This document shows, piece by piece, positions 10,010 to 19,821 of a stretch of 42,259 nucleotides of DNA. The notes beneath the pieces were generated by a model. The model worked only from the letters and a program-made list of their open reading frames with translations. It was not told the origin of the DNA and made no database searches. Made by a program: the position numbers and the translations under genes. Within the stretch, counting starts at the first letter, position 1; each line of letters opens with the position of its first letter. The DNA comes from a bacterium. GTDB taxonomy: Bacteria > SAR324 > NAC60-12. The stretch covers positions 1-42,259 of the forward strand of contig CBDDTI010000437.1 in the NCBI GenBank assembly GCA_965233585.1, read 5' to 3'.

Positions 10010-10699
10010 TTGGAACAGAGACGTATTGATTTGGAGGGAAAATCGATTCGAAAGAATCATTTTATGGAAGATGCTCTCCAGATTTTTGGTGAGGAAATTT
10101 CTGTCAATCCTCACATGTCACAAGCCGTTCTCGAGGAACTAACCTTGAGAAAAGCAATGGAGTCTGTGCCCCCATCTTTGAAATTGGAGGTGCACAGGAA
10201 AATGGCAAGGGCAACATGCCTTAATTTTATGGAAAAACTAACAGCAATTGCTGACTTGGTAGAATCTACTATCCCAAAAAGGGAACCTACTCTCCCCATC
10301 AGGCAGGTGCCCCTTCCAAGTCAGGGGCCTCTCCCAAGTCAAAGCCTCCACAAAAAAACCCCATCTGCTATGCAGATTTTAAAGGACGACTATCATAGGG
10401 CCATACAGAATGGGGCTGTTTTTGAACAACTCCCACCTTCAGATGGGATTATGTACAATAGAAGGGGAGATTATTACTTGCCCAGAAGTCGCCCGTTAAA
10501 TTTTCCGGTCTTGAACAATGGGAGATTCTCTGCAGCTGCTCTCATTCACTTTGCACAAGCTTGTGCCAAATGTGGTGAACCATCTCACTTGATTGGACAC
10601 CCTAACTGTGCATACGCAAGGGACCCTTTGCTAACGCAAAATTGCCAAAGATGCAACAGGGGGTTGCACAGAGAGGATCACTGTTTAGCTTTCATTTGA
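10010..10699 (+). CDS. gag: Gag, C-terminal part (probably 5'-truncated) with two zinc knuckles
   Basis: CAKCGEPSHLIGHPNC and CQRCNRGLHREDHC directly upstream of pol. Confidence 0.85.
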   Translation: MEQRRIDLEGKSIRKNHFMEDALQIFGEEISVNPHMSQAVLEELTLRKAMESVPPSLKLEVHRKMARATCLNFMEKLTAIADLVESTIPKREPTLPIRQVPLPSQGPLPSQSLHKKTPSAMQILKDDYHRAIQNGAVFEQLPPSDGIMYNRRGDYYLPRSRPLNFPVLNNGRFSAAALIHFAQACAKCGEPSHLIGHPNCAYARDPLLTQNCQRCNRGLHREDHCLAFI

Positions 10700-13600
10700 G
10701 ACAGGGGGGATAAGTGGGATCGGCGAAACCATCGCCATCATTATACCACTCAGCATACCCATCCCATAAACCGAAATTGTCATCTCCATTCTTCACATCG
10801 TCACTTCCCACTAAAATCCCCCAAACACACTAAAACCCATGCTCAGAACACTCATTACACAAAAAAACAGAAAATATGGAAGGAAAGGTTCCGACCTTAC
10901 TCCAATAAAAAACAAAAAAATTCACGCCATTTCAGAATCAATAAAATACTGAGACAAAGGTTGGGTAGTCTCCATGCCAATGTAATAATCGACTATAAAA
11001 CTTCAGTAGAATTTCAAATTGACCCGGGTGCAGTAGTGTCAATTTTAAATGAAAATACCCTTCACCAACTTTTGAGATCCCATCCTCGCGCGGTTCGCCC
11101 CTTAGAAAATTATCGACCCCTAAGAATAACAGATTATAGCAACAACACAATATCCACCGTAACCCCACACACCCTCGCGTTCATGATTGGGGACCATCCC
11201 CAATCAACATTAGTCCATTGGCCCTTTTATGTAGTAAGATCAGGTGACAACCTGATTGGATTGGACCTGCTTGCACATTTGAAGGCCAACCTCATTTGGA
11301 AGGGACAACAAATGATGTTAGTTAGCAAAGACTTCATGATTAGAAATGTATTCAGAACCTTGCACAAAGACAAGGCCTTCGAATCCAACATCAACATTGT
11401 CCACTCCATCCCTACAAAAGACACACAATTACCACCTGAATTAAGAAATCCTAGTGACCCCTTGGTCCCCAATAATAATACAGACAAGATAGATACCGAA
11501 GTTGACATGGATGAGGTGGTGCTGGAGCGGCTGGCAAACCTTACTACCGCGCCTTCACCCGATTGGACCCACGGGATCCTTAAGCAAGGCCTCCCGAAAC
11601 AAATTTCCGATAGGCTGATAGCATTTTTCACGCAGGACTATGCTAAACTGGTGCCCAGGGATGAGTTTGACCCGGGTTGTTTGAATCCAGACATCTACAT
11701 GATCGAAGATTTTGGAGCAACAGGTCCCCCAGTTAGAAGCAAGGTCATACCTCTGCACGGTGAAATGAGGGATAGGCTGAAACGAATAATTGATATTTAT
11801 ATTGAGAGGGGTTTAATGACCCGGGGAATAAGCCCGTATGCCTCCCCTTTATTCCTTGTTAAGAAAAATCCTTTGCCTGGACAGCCAATCAGAGATAGGA
11901 TGGTTGCCAATTACAAGGCATTGAACAAAACACTGAATCCTTTGGCCTATCCAAACCAAGATATCCAGAGCATTTTCACAAAAATTGGCAATGCAAAACC
12001 CGTGCTGTTTTCAAGTTTGGATTTAACATCAGCTTTTACTTCGGTACAAATCAAACCAGGGTCAAAGGCCATGATGCAATCCAGTGTCATCACGGACTTT
12101 GGTCAATTTCACATGACACGATTAGGTATGGGTATTTCCAGTAGTCCAGCCATCTTTTCCATAGTCATGGACAAAATTTTGACAAACATACCACCACCCA
12201 GATTCAAAAACTATCCCGCACAACATTCCTTTGTAGTTTGGTATCAAGATGATGTGTGCATCTTCACCACACAAGCTGAAGACATGTCCCAGAATGACCT
12301 CTATCAGCTACACTTATTGCAAATTAATGTGATCTTGGCAAAGATTTCAGCTGCGGGCTTAAAAATTAATCCTGCAAAGTGCAAATTCTTTCGCACAGAA
12401 ATTCCTCTGTTAGGACGACTGATCACTAGGCAAGGGTTCACACCTCTTGAGAAGCACATCCAACAGCTGAAAGATTTTCCAAGACCATCTACAGTGAAAG
12501 GAATCCAGCAGTTTATGGGGACATGCAATTTTCTGCGGCAGCACATCCCTAACTTTAGTCAAAAAATTGCACCTCTGACTGAGTTGTTACGGAAGAACAC
12601 CCCTTTTATTTGGGCAGATACCCAAGACAAGGCTTTCAAAACCCTGAAAAATGATATCTGTAATACCAGCCAGACCACCTATCCTGATTTTGAGGAAAAC
12701 CTTTATTTGTATGTTGATGGTAGTAATGTTGCTGTTGGAAATGTCCTCCTGCAGATTAAGACTATACCAGATGCTGAATTTAATAAAGCAAAAGGGCTCA
12801 AGGATGATGAACTTGACCAACCCATCCTTCTTCAACAAGGCAAAAATGTGCCTCAAGTAACAGATGTGTGGGGAAATCAGGTTGATTCCATCAAATTTGA
12901 TCCAAACAGGCACTTGATCATGCCCATTGCCTTTGGCAGTAAAGCACTGACACCTAGTCAGAAACAGTATTCAACCATCAAGCTCGAGGCCTTGGCCATT
13001 GTCACTGCATTCCATCAACATCAAGATATTCTGAAGGGTGCCAAAAGGATAGTTCTTGTCAGCGATTCCTCTCCTCTTCTATACATTCTGAAAGGAAGCA
13101 CAAAAATTAGTTTGCTAGAAAGGTGGTCACTATATCTGCAATCTTTCAATTACAACATCTGTGTTAGTCATGTTTCAGGGACACACAACACAATTGCAGA
13201 TATGCTTTCCCGCAGATCCGCATTCATGGTTACTGACAAACCCTCTGATAACTTTAATACCAAAACAGCCTTTGAGTTTAAGTCACCCTACCCTATTGGC
13301 TCGGTCATTACCTATAGACACCTTCGAGAAGCTTTGGAAAAAGATCCTTCTTTAGTTCAACCCATAAATAACATTGAATCGGCTGAAATGAGCCCTGTTA
13401 GCAAAAGCTCTGCAAATCCTTTGGAACCTGCTGATCCGATACCAAAAGCACAAATTGCAAAGGTCAACTCACCTTTGTCTCTAGTGGAGGAATTGAAACC
13501 CTTAGTTTCAAGCTCAGCCATTGTAGCCGCGCAAGCCAGTGATGATTTTTGCAATCATATAAGCTCAAATCTGGAAAAACATCCCAAATTTATAAAAAGC

Positions 13601-15013
13601 GACAAAGGTGAATTGCTCTTCAAGGCAAACATTCAGGGTCAGGACCTGCAAGTGCTGGTGGTTCCAGAAACTTTGCAACCCATCATCATGGCTTATTACC
13701 ATGCTGATAACCACTGTGGGGGCAACTCCTTGGCAGGAGTTCTAACCTCCAGGTTCTACTGGCCTAATATCCGAAAAGACTGCTCAGACTTTGTGAGTGG
13801 CTGTCACCTATGTGCCATCTTTCGGGCACAGAAAAATCCAGAAACTGAGCTGGGTAAAACCTCTGACTACATTCCCAGATTGAAAACATATTGCTGGTCT
13901 GTAGATATTTTAGAAGGGTTCCCTGTGTTTGGACCATACAATGGACAAATTCTGGCAGTGGCTGAGCATTACACTCATTTCAGAGTCTTAAGACCACTAA
14001 AGAAATCTCATGCCACAGAAATTGCAAAAATCTTGGAGGAGGTCATTACCACCTTTGCACCCTCCATGTTCATTTCGGATAGGGGAACTAACCTTTTGAT
14101 GAGTCAACAAGTCAAAGAACTCTTTACTAAATATAATATCAAGGGCCATGTCACTGTACCTTACAGCGGCAAGTCTCATGGTATGATTGAAGCTTTGCAC
14201 AAAAGTGTCAGTGCTTTAATCCGGATCTGTGTGGAAGAACAACAGACTGCGAACTGGCCCAGCCTAATTCCATATATTCAACTGACCTTGAATCAAAAGA
14301 AGTTGTGCTACTTTGACAACTATTCTCCTTTTGAGTTGATGTTTGGCATGGAACCAATTCGTAGTCGTCGAGACCCACCCACCGAATCTGAGATATTTCG
14401 GACTCCTGACAACACCATGGCTGCCTGGCACAAAACAAACAGTGCCATCCAGGCCACCATTGAGAAACATTTCCGGAAATTGCAAAGACAGTATGACACT
14501 CTAACACTCAAACCTCGCCCTTTCCCGGTAGGCAGCTTTGTATATCTGCGTGATTTGCGACCAATCCCAAATAAAAAAATCAAGGCTAGGTATTTTCAGC
14601 AACCCCTCAGAGTAATGGAAGAGAGGCCACAATCATTATTGCTGAAATCCTTTGATGGGAGGTTGCTAAAAGTACACAAAGATAATTGTAAACGGGCACA
14701 TCCCAGAGGAGAAAAAGCCTTTGGCTCACTGCCCACTAGAGTGAAAATGGCATTGGGAACTCCATTTGCCTATAGTGACCTAAAAGATCTCATGGATAAG
14801 GAACAAATACCGGAATTTTTTAAAGATAAAGACACCATACCCCCACCTGAACCAATACAAACTAGGTCCAGGACGAAAAAAACGAACCACCCGGGGGTAA
14901 AGGTTACCGTACCGACAGACATCCCACCCATGGTGGATATAAACCACTTAGATGATCCCGAGCCTATGCAAGACATAGCACCACCAATGCTAGAGACCAT
15001 CTTTGAGGAATGA
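10700..15013 (+). CDS. pol: Pol polyprotein (protease, RT, RNase H, integrase), in frame with gag
   Basis: Protease IDPGAVVSIL. RT SPYASPLFLV, LDLTSAF, YQDD, KCKF. RNase H VDGS, EALA, ADMLSR. Integrase HADNH..CHLC, VDIL, SDRG, IEALH. The frame is open from 10700, straight after the gag TGA. Confidence 0.95.
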   Translation, partial: DRGDKWDRRNHRHHYTTQHTHPINRNCHLHSSHRHFPLKSPKHTKTHAQNTHYTKKQKIWKERFRPYSNKKQKNSRHFRINKILRQRLGSLHANVIIDYKTSVEFQIDPGAVVSILNENTLHQLLRSHPRAVRPLENYRPLRITDYSNNTISTVTPHTLAFMIGDHPQSTLVHWPFYVVRSGDNLIGLDLLAHLKANLIWKGQQMMLVSKDFMIRNVFRTLHKDKAFESNINIVHSIPTKDTQLPPELRNPSDPLVPNNNTDKIDTEVDMDEVVLERLANLTTAPSPDWTHGILKQGLPKQISDRLIAFFTQDYAKLVPRDEFDPGCLNPDIYMIEDFGATGPPVRSKVIPLHGEMRDRLKRIIDIYIERGLMTRGISPYASPLFLVKKNPLPGQPIRDRMVANYKALNKTLNPLAYPNQDIQSIFTKIGNAKPVLFSSLDLTSAFTSVQIKPGSKAMMQSSVITDFGQFHMTRLGMGISSSPAIFSIVMDKILTNIPPPRFKNYPAQHSFVVWYQDDVCIFTTQAEDMSQNDLYQLHLLQINVILAKISAAGLKINPAKCKFFRTEIPLLGRLITRQGFTPLEKHIQQLKDFPRPSTVKGIQQFMGTCNFLRQHIPNFSQKIAPLTELLRKNTPFIWADTQDKAFKTLKNDICNTSQTTYPDFEENLYLYVDGSNVAVGNVLLQIKTIPDAEFNKAKGLKDDELDQPILLQQGKNVPQVTDVWGNQVDSIKFDPNRHLIMPIAFGSKALTPSQKQYSTIKLEALAIVTAFHQHQDILKGAKRIVLVSDSSPLLYILKGSTKISLLERWSLYLQSFNYNICVSHVSGTHNTIADMLSRRSAFMVTDKPSDNFNTKTAFEFKSPYPIGSVITYRHLREALEKDPSLVQPINNIESAEMSPVSKSSANPLEPADPIPKAQIAKVNSPLSLVEELKPLVSSSAIVAAQASDDFCNHISSNLEKHPKFIKSDKGELLFKANIQGQDLQVLVVPETLQPIIMAYYHADNHCGGNSLAGVLTSRFYWPNIRKDCSDFVSGCHLCAIFRAQKNPETELGKTSDYIPRLKTYCWSVDILEGFPVFGPYNGQILAVAEHYTHFRVLRPLKKSHATEIAKILEEVITTFAPSMFISDRGTNLLMSQQVKELFTKYNIKGHVTVPYSGKSHGMIEALHKSVSALIRICVEEQQTANWPSLIPYIQLTLNQKKLCYFDNYSPFELMFGMEPIRSRRDPPTESEIFRTPDNTMAAWHKTNSAIQATIEKHFRKLQRQYDTLTLKPRPFPVGSFVYLRDLRPIPNKKIKARYFQQPLRVMEERPQSLLLKSFDGRLLKVHKDNCKRAHPRGEKAFGSLPTRVKMALGTPFAYSDLKDLMDKEQIPEFFKDKDTIPPPEPIQTRSRTKKTNHPGVKVTVPTDIPPMVDINHLDDPEPMQDIAPPMLETIFEE

Positions 15014-15047
15014 TTTTTGGAAAGGAGCTAATCATTTTATTTGCAGG

Positions 15048-16376
15048 ATGATATGCATAATCAGTCTTATCATAGGACTTCACATAGATGTCACCTGCTC
15101 AACCACTAACCATACCACATCTGGCAAACCCAGCACGGACATCCCTGATGACAACCTCTGCCCAACATCTTTCATTTACTCCTTCCAGGAACTCCAGGAG
15201 GCAATCGAGTTAAAAATGGTACATGTCGACCTTCTGTTGAGCCAAACAACCAAGGTACCAGATGGTATCACAATTAGCCACCCTGAATACCAGTACATTG
15301 TTGAAAAGCGATTTCTCACCTTTCAACAAGCACATGACTTTTGCCTGCCATTGGAAGTACCTATTGTTGAAATCCACTCAGACAAGGATCTAAATTTCTA
15401 CCATTCCACTTTTCCGGATATTACACAAACTTGGTTAGACACTGGATACTCTGGTAAAACTAAAAAACTAACATTCGCCTCAGGGAAACCTGTTCCAGCT
15501 CTTCTTAAAGACACACTCACCATGGACCGAAACTTAGTCTCCACCAAACCTTGCACCGTCATTAACTTAAGTACCGGAAAAATAACACAAGTTTATTGTT
15601 CAGCGGCCTACCCCACCATATGTGCAATTCCCAGCCATCAGATAGTGGCAATTAAACTGGTAAAACAACTTAGCACTCTCATTCAGAAACTGTTGCGCAA
15701 ATTTGTTAAAACGGAATTTCTCAGGCCTACCTTCCCGTCCAACACCTGCCCCAACACCACAGACTATGTTTACGACACCTTACACCTGAAACACCCCTTT
15801 TCATACTTACTCCAAACTTCACGAATTGATCCTTACACCCTCTATACTTCGCTACTTGCCTTAAAACAACAGCTTCTAACCTTCTTTTCCTTATCCAGCG
15901 AACCTACCATAAACTTGGCTGACCTATTACAATCTTTCTCTCTGCTTCCACCTAACCATGACATTTTCCAAGTAGATAATTTGATTTGTATCTGTCCAAC
16001 TAACTCCTCCTCAACAGTAAGTACTCCAGATACTGTCACCATAACGGAGGATAACACCACCACACTTCCTAATGACCTCCCTACCCAAGGTTATGGAGAG
16101 AATACCTTTTATGACAACATCACGATCAATGATGATGGCACCATTTCCTTTGGTAATGTTACCACCATCTTGAATCAATTTGGTTTCTCAACCCCAGATT
16201 TGATAAATCTGGTTTGCACAGTCATTGTTGCAATTGTGAGCCTCCTGACAGGTGCACAAATCATCATCCTATGGAAAAGACAGGCCAGGAACAACCAGGA
16301 GCCACCCATCCCTATTCACCAAATTCGAAGTCATGAACCCCTACTTCAAAATCAACCGATTATCAGCATAAGATGA
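15048..16376 (+). CDS. Env-like type I membrane glycoprotein with a C-type lectin-like domain
   Basis: Signal peptide MICIISLIIGLHIDVTC after a splice acceptor TTTTATTTGCAG (AG 15045-15046). CTLD-like pattern LTFQQAHDFC..IVEIHS..TWLD..CTVIN..VYCS..TIC. Multiple N-x-S/T sites and a C-terminal TM LVCTVIVAIVSLLTGAQIIILW. Confidence 0.8.
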   Translation: MICIISLIIGLHIDVTCSTTNHTTSGKPSTDIPDDNLCPTSFIYSFQELQEAIELKMVHVDLLLSQTTKVPDGITISHPEYQYIVEKRFLTFQQAHDFCLPLEVPIVEIHSDKDLNFYHSTFPDITQTWLDTGYSGKTKKLTFASGKPVPALLKDTLTMDRNLVSTKPCTVINLSTGKITQVYCSAAYPTICAIPSHQIVAIKLVKQLSTLIQKLLRKFVKTEFLRPTFPSNTCPNTTDYVYDTLHLKHPFSYLLQTSRIDPYTLYTSLLALKQQLLTFFSLSSEPTINLADLLQSFSLLPPNHDIFQVDNLICICPTNSSSTVSTPDTVTITEDNTTTLPNDLPTQGYGENTFYDNITINDDGTISFGNVTTILNQFGFSTPDLINLVCTVIVAIVSLLTGAQIIILWKRQARNNQEPPIPIHQIRSHEPLLQNQPIISIR

Positions 16377-16476
16377 CCAAAGCCTTCCCACCCAAAGCCC
16401 TTGTTTGATAAGCGTGGAAAACATCATATTCACCTCCGGCAATACTTGTCATATACCTATGTCCTTACCTAAATGC

Positions 16477-16989
16477 TCAAAAATCAACCCTCACCAGTTG
16501 CTCCTGTCCAACTTCCTCATCCTGATGGAGATTACCCATGGGAATCTCCTCAACCAACTGTTCCACTGGCCTGAAGACACACCAACACAGCCAATTCTTC
16601 ATTTCACAGATGATCTTGACACCATAGAGACGTATGAAGAGTAAAACCCATAGGGACCACGGCACCATGACCAAAGTCAATGTCTCCCAGCTTCTTCCTT
16701 GCAACCATGAGACACACTCTTCTTCCTTGTGGTATTCTTCTGTAGGTGGGCATGCTTTCATCTCCAACGAATCTTTCCCCTCACTGGTGAGATTTCTGTT
16801 CTTGCACCAGTCAGCCAACACCTGCCCACAGCTGCCCCAATCTCTAGAGATTATTTCTGCCAGCTCAACTGCGAAGTTTTCACATACCAGTTGACCAACC
16901 ACCATGGGGACAAACAGCAATCCTGGAAAGAAAAACATCATTAACATGAATGGGATGCTTACCCAATTCATACCGAGTAAGAATTTCAT
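16477..16989 (-). CDS. Antisense 170-aa predicted membrane protein
   Basis: ATG start, hydrophobic N-terminus, Cys-spaced middle domain, TM-like TLTLVMVPWSLWVLLFI, and a Cys-containing then acidic tail. Confidence 0.5.
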   Translation of the reverse strand: MKFLLGMNWVSIPFMLMMFFFPGLLFVPMVVGQLVCENFAVELAEIISRDWGSCGQVLADWCKNRNLTSEGKDSLEMKACPPTEEYHKEEECVSWLQGRSWETLTLVMVPWSLWVLLFIRLYGVKIICEMKNWLCWCVFRPVEQLVEEIPMGNLHQDEEVGQEQLVRVDF

Positions 16990-17083
16990 GATCTAGTTTT
17001 CTGTGCTCTCTCTGCAACACACCACTCCTGAATAACTTCCATTTCTAATGCAATCATGAAGGAGTAAATTATTCTACATTTAG

Positions 17084-17500
17084 CTACTTGATTAATGGAC
17101 GGCTTCTAGTCCTGTTGCTTGGATAAAAGCATAAAAGAGATCCTTCCTTGTAAATATATTGCATCAAGTTTTGCATCAGTCTATGCACTGTCAATACATC
17201 TTCATCTAAATTAGGCAAAACCCAAATGGATTTTGTCTGGTCTAAAATTTCGGACTTTATGTCTTCTTCCGAAGAATTTATAGATGTTAATTCGTTTTTT
17301 AGCGTGATGAAACAAGGTTGGCCTTTTGACAAAGTCAATTGGTTGTAATTGTAATGTAATCCAATAGACACTACCCCAATTTCCCATTCTCTATTTTTCA
17401 AGTCTAAACTTTGTGGGAATAAATTGGTAAAAGAATTCAAAGTATTTTTGTCATCCGTATCGGAACTAGCGTTTGACACGCAATAAATATTATAATCCAT
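17084..17500 (-). pseudogene. Minor capsid protein (penton), N-terminal part, 3'-truncated
   Basis: SNAS...NTLNSFTNLFPQSLDL...WEIGVVSI matches the typical Polinton penton N-terminus. The ORF runs into gypsy-derived sequence. Confidence 0.75.
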
Positions 17501-17506
17501 TCCGCG

Positions 17507-18595
17507 TTATTGTGGCATATCAACTATGTCTTTTTCGTATGTCCAACTAGGGTTTTTATACCCTTTCCATTTTATTAAAGCCATTTTTTCTCCGGTTTTT
17601 TTATCTTTTTTTGTCCGAAGAATTTTTTCGATGGCAAATACTTCCGGCTCATCTACGGGTGTAAGTTCACTCTCATAAAAATTTCCTTCCAAAGTTTCAT
17701 CCTGTTCTAAAGTCTCCAACTCATAAGTGGGTTTTGGCAAACGTGTAGAAATTGATTTTATTTTAAAAATTTCTTCTTTGAATTGCGGTGTAAATCCTCT
17801 GTCAAATTTTCCCTTCATAATGCTAATACGCACAGTTTGGCCGATTTTGTATTTTGGTTTCATTCTTTTAATCTTTGAATAAACCAATTCTTGTTTTCTT
17901 CTAATGTGATAGGTTTTTCCGGGGAGTTCTGCTTCAGCGGGTGTCATTCCAATCATGCGATGTTTACGATTGTTGTAGGTATGGACAAGAAATGGTAACG
18001 CGTCAATGTACCTGTCAGTATTTTCGTGAGTCATGTATTTGAACAACAGGTTTTTTAAAGTTCGGTTAAATCTTTCCACAAAAGGGGCGTGCACAAAATT
18101 ATTGCTGTGTAACAAAAGAATGTTATTGTTTTTGCAGTAGGCTTGAAATAATTTATTCTTAATTTCCGCTCCTTTATCGGCTAAAATTCTACGCGGAAAT
18201 TGTTTTGCTCTTTTCATAATAGATTCAAACCCTTCCATAAATGTTTTTGCCGTTTTATTAATAAGTGGTTCTACAAAGGCGAATCGTGTAAAAATATCGA
18301 TGGCTGTCAAAAGGTATCTATTAGAATCATTTTGTTCAGCCAAATTTCCTAAATCTATAAGGTCAATTTGAAACTGATACCGTTTCCGATAAGCAAATGT
18401 TGGATTTCTCGGTCTGGGAAATTTAGCCTGTTTGTGTAATGTGTAAGAGTCTGTTCCTTTTAGCCACTCCTCGATTAACGTCAGAGGGATTTTTTTCCCA
18501 TAATAATGATAAATTAGCGCGGGAGACGCAAAAGCTATTGGTGAACCCGGTTTCGCGTATTCTTTTAAAAAAGTCTCTTTCGTTGTTATCGACAT
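17507..18595 (-). CDS. int: Retroviral-like (rve) integrase with C-terminal chromodomain
   Basis: DDE motifs QIDLID, ADKGAE, VERFNRTLK. C-terminal FAIEKIL...LIKWKGY..SW. Confidence 0.95.
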   Translation of the reverse strand: MSITTKETFLKEYAKPGSPIAFASPALIYHYYGKKIPLTLIEEWLKGTDSYTLHKQAKFPRPRNPTFAYRKRYQFQIDLIDLGNLAEQNDSNRYLLTAIDIFTRFAFVEPLINKTAKTFMEGFESIMKRAKQFPRRILADKGAEIKNKLFQAYCKNNNILLLHSNNFVHAPFVERFNRTLKNLLFKYMTHENTDRYIDALPFLVHTYNNRKHRMIGMTPAEAELPGKTYHIRRKQELVYSKIKRMKPKYKIGQTVRISIMKGKFDRGFTPQFKEEIFKIKSISTRLPKPTYELETLEQDETLEGNFYESELTPVDEPEVFAIEKILRTKKDKKTGEKMALIKWKGYKNPSWTYEKDIVDMPQ

Positions 18596-18997
18596 TTAAA
18601 ACAGAGGTTCTTTAGAAATTTTGCGCCTTTTTTTCCTAGATTGCGTGATTGACGAGGATTTCCTTTTTTTGTTTGAATTTTGAGTTCGATAATCGTCGTT
18701 GCTATCGGCTTGTCGGGCAGCGTTAAGCAAAATACCTCGCGTAGCGGATTTCAAACGTTGTTTTGCTTTTCTGCCCACCGGTTGACCCTCCAAAGCTTCT
18801 ATTGCCGTTTCTACAGCCGCTCTTGTCGCTTCTTTCTTTAAAGCTTTTCCTACAGATTTTATCGGGGCGCTTTTAGCTACACGTCCAATAGTTTTTATCG
18901 TTGATTTCGCTACCGGCATTAATCCGCGAAAAATTCCGGAAAAAAGCGATCCAATTCCCGAACCTCGTTGCCAATGTAAACCGCTGTGGTAATTCAT
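18596..18997 (-). CDS. Basic virion core protein with amphipathic N-terminus (adenovirus pVI-like)
   Basis: QRGSGIGSLFSGIFRGLMP, the conserved Polinton Q.G.G motif followed by an amphipathic helix. Basic C-terminus. Confidence 0.75.
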   Translation of the reverse strand: MNYHSGLHWQRGSGIGSLFSGIFRGLMPVAKSTIKTIGRVAKSAPIKSVGKALKKEATRAAVETAIEALEGQPVGRKAKQRLKSATRGILLNAARQADSNDDYRTQNSNKKRKSSSITQSRKKRRKISKEPLF

Positions 18998-19006
18998 ATA
19001 TGTATT

Positions 19007-19765
19007 TTATTGATTTAGACTTTTACGACATCTGTACAACGACATAACACTGACGCCTAAAATGTGAGCCATATTTTTGACGCTTAAATACCTCAATTTG
19101 GATTCTTTTAAAAAGGCATAAGCGCATGCAGCTAATAAAGTTCTTGGAGCAAAAGAACTATTTTCATTTTTTTTTAATATTTGTTCAACGGACGTCATTT
19201 CTTGATAATTTAACTGCAGCGGCTGTAAAAAATATTCTTTCATATCTTTTGCCTTTATGTAATTGTCTAATTTATTCATGTCAGTCAAATCCCGTCTGTA
19301 TAATTTCATCCAACGCCACACTATCTTTGGATTAATGCCGACTTCTTGACACAAATGACTTATCGGGCGGGGAATTTTTTCTTTTATTAACCCCTGATAC
19401 AACGTCATTACCACCAATCCTTTAGCATCCATTTTAATTTTTCCGCCTTTTTGATAATGCCACGCTGCTATATCTGACCATAGATTTAAAATAACATTTG
19501 TAACATCATTATTTAAATGTAATTTATTACATAAAATTTTTAAAATATTTTTTTCTTTCTCTAAATGCTGGTTTTTTTGTTTAATTTCTTTATCAAATGT
19601 TTTTATTTTGTCCCATTCTGTTTCCAAATTTGATTTTGTTAAATTATAACAATATATTTTATCAATAACTAATCCACACTCGGTACACACCACGTCTCCT
19701 TGCCTGGTGTCTTCTACTGGATATTGATGATTGCATATTTTAGTATAATCTACTTTCTCGTGCAT
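19007..19765 (-). CDS. TFIIB: TFIIB-like transcription initiation factor
   Basis: Zn ribbon CNH...EDTRQGDVVCTECGLVID and a B-reader-like EWDKIKTF. Two cyclin-fold-like repeats: LCNKLHL...PRPISHLCQEVGI and PRTLLAACAY...SVKNMAHILGVSVMSL. Confidence 0.85.
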   Translation of the reverse strand: MHEKVDYTKICNHQYPVEDTRQGDVVCTECGLVIDKIYCYNLTKSNLETEWDKIKTFDKEIKQKNQHLEKEKNILKILCNKLHLNNDVTNVILNLWSDIAAWHYQKGGKIKMDAKGLVVMTLYQGLIKEKIPRPISHLCQEVGINPKIVWRWMKLYRRDLTDMNKLDNYIKAKDMKEYFLQPLQLNYQEMTSVEQILKKNENSSFAPRTLLAACAYAFLKESKLRYLSVKNMAHILGVSVMSLYRCRKSLNQ

Positions 19766-19821
19766 GATTTCGATGTTTATTGTATAGATATCAAAACTCG
19801 ACTAAATAAACATTATTCACA

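Larger units (their letters stand above)
10000..17100 (+). mobile_element. Ty3/gypsy LTR retrotransposon with env-like ORF; both ends truncated
   Basis: gag, then pol in PR-RT-RH-IN order, then ORF3. No LTRs seen at either junction; boundaries approximate. Confidence 0.9.
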
